A stretch of DNA of 20,000 bases from an uncultured virus (IMG/VR IMGVR_UViG_3300035199_000776). Lineage: Duplodnaviria > Heunggongvirae > Uroviricota > Caudoviricetes. A program made the position numbers and the translations under genes. Shown piece after piece: positions 17,467 through 20,000 of this stretch; the first letter of the stretch is position 1, and every line of letters starts with the position of its first letter. A model generated the notes under the pieces. It saw only the letters and a program-made list of their open reading frames with translations. It made no database searches and was not told the DNA's origin. The stretch is taken from IMG/VR virus record IMGVR_UViG_3300035199_000776. One strand, given 5' to 3'.

Positions 17467-17950
17467 CTATTATTACCTTCTTCTTATAATTAGTTTGTCC
17501 TTCCACCAACTCATACTCAATAGGACTATCTTGGTGTGCCCTATTATATTGAACAATATGATCTATTTCTTCCTGGTCGTCATCCCAATGTTTGCTAATA
17601 CCAAGTTTGGCGAGAGTAAAAACTTTTGGTTCATGTCCGGTATAATAAATACCAGCGACAGGAAGACCCATTTCTTTTGCTAGTTCACTTGGCCCTGGAG
17701 GATCGCCCTCGAAAGTAAAGCTTACTTCTGAAGGATGTTTTCTGGAAGTAACAATATAGACTGTATGTCCTTGCGCCGCTAGGTCGCGAAGGGTTTGAAT
17801 ATTTTCTTCGTGTGGTCCGACATAGACCATATCTTCTATATTGCCGGCCTCATCGTATTCATAGCGATACTTTATTAAAGTTTCATCATAGTCAAAGGAA
17901 TAGTTGGCTTCGTTTAAATATTTCCGCCAGTTTTCAAGTAGGAGTTTCAT
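17456..17950 (-). CDS. HAD-superfamily phosphatase with MKLLLE leader, 164 aa
   Basis: FDYDETL (DxD), IVTSR, conserved K, WDDD. Start moved from 17986 to ATG 17950, at the leader cassette and ATGA overlap. Confidence 0.85.
   Translation of the reverse strand: MKLLLENWRKYLNEANYSFDYDETLIKYRYEYDEAGNIEDMVYVGPHEENIQTLRDLAAQGHTVYIVTSRKHPSEVSFTFEGDPPGPSELAKEMGLPVAGIYYTGHEPKVFTLAKLGISKHWDDDQEEIDHIVQYNRAHQDSPIEYELVEGQTNYKKKVIIDGR
17909..17950 (-). repeat. Leader cassette copy 1 (MKLLLENWRKYLNE)
   Basis: ATGAAACTCCTACTTGAAAACTGGCGGAAATATTTAAACGAA. Confidence 0.95.
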
Positions 17951-18417
17951 TTCACGTTCGCCCCCTTTAAAAAGACATTTTCCCAAAATATAAATCGAAC
18001 AGGGACTTTGGGCATACCAAGCTCCAGCGCTATCTCGTGCCTATGGTTCCCTTCGCCAATCTTGACGACACCATTCTGGCCAAAAAAGATAATCAATGGG
18101 TCTTTTATACCATTTTCCGCGATGATCTCATCCTTCAGATCTTTATATCTTTTAGTTCCAGGCGGATTTCTTAACTTATCCCCAGCATACTCCCGATAAG
18201 GGGTAAGATCTTCAGTGTTATAAAAAGCCGGCTTCCGAGAGTTGACGTTGGCGGCGCCATAGTTTTCAACCCAGCAGTCCAAGATGTTTTTTATGGATGG
18301 AGGATCGTTCCTATCAATATCATAATAAACCTTGTAATCGCCTCTAGGGTGCTTTTCGGGACAACCTTCGTGGGATTCGGTTAAGTATTGGCGCCAGCTT
18401 TCAAGTAGGAGTTTCAT
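17947..18417 (-). CDS. ParB/sulfiredoxin-like N-terminal domain protein with MKLLLE leader, 156 aa
   Basis: GIKDPLII...IGEGNHRHEIALELG...VPV (GxxR motif). Confidence 0.85.
   Translation of the reverse strand: MKLLLESWRQYLTESHEGCPEKHPRGDYKVYYDIDRNDPPSIKNILDCWVENYGAANVNSRKPAFYNTEDLTPYREYAGDKLRNPPGTKRYKDLKDEIIAENGIKDPLIIFFGQNGVVKIGEGNHRHEIALELGMPKVPVRFIFWENVFLKGANVK
18376..18417 (-). repeat. Leader cassette copy 2 (MKLLLESWRQYLTE)
   Basis: ATGAAACTCCTACTTGAAAGCTGGCGCCAATACTTAACCGAA. Confidence 0.95.
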
Positions 18418-18803
18418 TTTACGCTCCGTTCTGCGTCTAAAACCATTACAGTATATATTGGTCCTATAGCCGTATCCATCTCCATTACAACAGAATCATA
18501 TCCTTCTTGTCGCAAACCGTCGAGAACACCTGGGTCCATCCTCAAGGCCATCGTATCATAGCTATTAACCCAGGTTTTTCTATCAACGATTTTTGGATTT
18601 TGAATATTAAGTCTAAACTCTCCAATATTTCCATATGTTTTCGCATACATCTCGTTGCTAATAAAATAAGCTGTTCCTGAAGAAAGGACATTGGGATCTC
18701 CAGAACGAGTTCCACGATACATTGGAATATTATTAACGCTGGAAACAATAGAATCAACATCTTCTTTTAAATATTGACGCCAGCTTTCAAGTAGGAGTTT
18801 CAC
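18414..18803 (-). CDS. Putative ADP-ribosyltransferase-fold protein (ART-PolyVal-like) with MKLLLE leader, 129 aa
   Basis: MYRGT...YF...AKTYG...LNIQNP...LRQEGYDSVV pattern; GTG start. Confidence 0.65.
   Translation of the reverse strand: MKLLLESWRQYLKEDVDSIVSSVNNIPMYRGTRSGDPNVLSSGTAYFISNEMYAKTYGNIGEFRLNIQNPKIVDRKTWVNSYDTMALRMDPGVLDGLRQEGYDSVVMEMDTAIGPIYTVMVLDAERSVK
18762..18803 (-). repeat. Leader cassette copy 3 (MKLLLESWRQYLKE)
   Basis: GTGAAACTCCTACTTGAAAGCTGGCGTCAATATTTAAAAGAA. Confidence 0.95.
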
Positions 18804-19681
18804 TGTATTTCCTCAAATTTTGAATTTAATATTGGTAAATTACTTTTTTTAATCACTTCTTCAAATTCTTTGGGTATTTTATCTTTAAGAAGAACTATAG
18901 CAACAGGCGTCCAGTTATCTATTAGGGCTTCGTCAATAGAGGCATTTTTCCACCCACTTTCATCAATAAACAGGTTTTCTATTCTTCCTGAATACTTTTG
19001 TTCACCCTTGGCTTTTTTACGACCCGAGAGATCCGTTTGTAAATCCACGTTTCCAGCTAGCGTAATATACCCATCCAAAACAACACCAACGCCGGCAGGG
19101 CCCCAGACTCTTCCAACAATTCCGGTTTTTTTAGGATATCCTATGGAAGAAAGCTCAGAGGTAGAATCAACTCCACCAGCCAAAAAGCTACTCATCCATT
19201 CGGGCCTCAAGAACCAATGAACATATATAAATTTATTAAAAAAAGAACGATCTGCTCTTTTATTCCATTCTATCTTAATATCTCTTGCATATTTTTTGAA
19301 CGTTTGGGGACTTTTTTCTCCATAAAAGCCGGAATTCCATTTATTTTCAATTTCTTTGGCCCATTCAGGAGCAATATATTCTATACCGCGGCTTTGTTTC
19401 GCACGATGCGCCTGCTGCATTGCTCGAAACTCTTCGGTACTCCACTTTGGTATAATTTTTTCTTCTCCAAAGCCATGGCGAAAGACTTTGGCCCTTATTA
19501 GAAAACCAAGGGGCTTTTCATATTTTGATCCCGCAGAAAACACGCCGGCAAAATATAGTTGTTCGGCATATTTTAATTGTTCTTCTTTGTTTAACGCATC
19601 AAATTCTTCACCACTAAGAAAAGAAATAGCATCTTCTTCCTCATTCAAGAACTTCCGCCAATTTTCAAGTAGGAGTTTCAT
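18800..19681 (-). CDS. Hypothetical protein with MKLLLE leader, 293 aa
   Basis: Long ORF coupled by overlaps; cargo domain not confidently recognised. Confidence 0.8.
   Translation of the reverse strand: MKLLLENWRKFLNEEEDAISFLSGEEFDALNKEEQLKYAEQLYFAGVFSAGSKYEKPLGFLIRAKVFRHGFGEEKIIPKWSTEEFRAMQQAHRAKQSRGIEYIAPEWAKEIENKWNSGFYGEKSPQTFKKYARDIKIEWNKRADRSFFNKFIYVHWFLRPEWMSSFLAGGVDSTSELSSIGYPKKTGIVGRVWGPAGVGVVLDGYITLAGNVDLQTDLSGRKKAKGEQKYSGRIENLFIDESGWKNASIDEALIDNWTPVAIVLLKDKIPKEFEEVIKKSNLPILNSKFEEIQ
19640..19681 (-). repeat. Leader cassette copy 4 (MKLLLENWRKFLNE)
   Basis: ATGAAACTCCTACTTGAAAATTGGCGGAAGTTCTTGAATGAG. Confidence 0.95.
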
Positions 19682-19884
19682 TTGTTTCTTCTCACTATAT
19701 CATTTAGACAATCAAGCTTTGATGATACTGCATCTGTAAATAGAAAAGGAACAAATGAATGAATAAAACATTTTATGGATAAAATCAATAAAAAAGAACT
19801 TATTTTTAACGCATTAAGCATATGTCCAAAGTAAGTTTCATTTTGCTCTTCTAGATGTTTTTGACGATTAAGCAGGAGTTTCAT
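19678..19884 (-). CDS. Small membrane-associated protein (resembles DUF6356, recalled and unverified) with a truncated MKLLL leader, 68 aa
   Basis: KHL...NETYFGH...A, a hydrophobic helix, then IHSFVPFLF...S; starts ATGAAACTCCTGCTT. Confidence 0.7.
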   Translation of the reverse strand: MKLLLNRQKHLEEQNETYFGHMLNALKISSFLLILSIKCFIHSFVPFLFTDAVSSKLDCLNDIVRRNK

Positions 19885-20000
19885 TCTATATTCTCCGGTG
19901 GAATGACTCCGTGATACTCCAGTGTATCTTGGCCATCAATAACATTTTCATCAGAGAACAACTTGTTGGAATCTAAGTTAGAAGTTCTTATCTTTAATAC
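19881..20000 (-). CDS. C-terminal fragment of an upstream gene, possibly ART/Tpt1-like fold
   Basis: Open frame from the window edge: VLKIRTSNLDSNKLFSDENVIDGQDTLEYHGVIPPENIE*. The stop overlaps the next ATG. Confidence 0.65.
   Translation of the reverse strand, partial: VLKIRTSNLDSNKLFSDENVIDGQDTLEYHGVIPPENIE

Noticed and set aside
17936..17946. CTCCT within the leader cassette as an anti-SD element, or AGGAG as a + strand ribosome site
   Set aside because: It can be explained by the K-L-L codons; no consistent upstream pairing partner or + strand ORF was found at the copies.
17951..17986. Extended N-terminus MGKCLFKGGERE of the HAD gene, and similarly 2426-2446 for the GT4 gene
   Set aside because: Internal ATGs give ATGA coupling plus the leader cassette or a good SD; the longer starts overlap upstream genes.
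1436..19739. All + strand ORFs in the track (e.g. 2837-3196, 11016-11510, 15254-15619, 19356-19739) and nested minus ORFs 3180-3392, 5846-6055, 18542-18760
   Set aside because: They lie within or across longer motif-bearing minus-strand genes and have no recognisable domains; treated as shadow ORFs.
17909..19884. Leader repeats as a CRISPR array
   Set aside because: Spacing is 203-878 nt and irregular, the repeats are in-frame coding sequence, and the intervening DNA is whole genes.
1..20000. Stop-codon reassignment, as seen in some large phages
   Set aside because: TAA, TAG and TGA all terminate genes at tight junctions, and coding density is already near complete with the standard code.

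Overview
An AT-rich, densely packed window in which essentially every real gene is on the minus strand, with many ATGA/GTGA stop-start overlaps. Gene content points to a large tailed bacteriophage (T4-like or jumbo type) rather than a cellular chromosome. In transcription order (right to left) it holds: (1) a tandem array of unrelated small enzyme-like genes (ART-like, ParB/Srx-like, HAD phosphatase, unknowns) that start with a near-identical MKLLLE(N/S)WRxYLxE leader encoded by a repeated DNA cassette; (2) a 913-aa amidoligase-like protein, an HExxH metallopeptidase-like protein, a likely virion structural protein and an LpxH-like metallophosphoesterase; (3) a 729-aa fusion of a KxDG ligase-like nucleotidyltransferase and a cytidylyltransferase-like domain, which hides an antisense sigma70-type promoter and a TTCTACT repeat tract; (4) a complete tmRNA gene with tag ANNNNHFESVALAA; (5) a cytidylyltransferase, PIN-PhoH, a Cas4/AddB-like nuclease and four glycosyltransferases. 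A recurring AACTA(A/G/T)TTA motif upstream of several genes may be a phage promoter. The best candidate for a new system is the leader-cassette array, probably a modular capsid-loading or effector-delivery system. All family assignments come from motifs read by eye; no database search was run.
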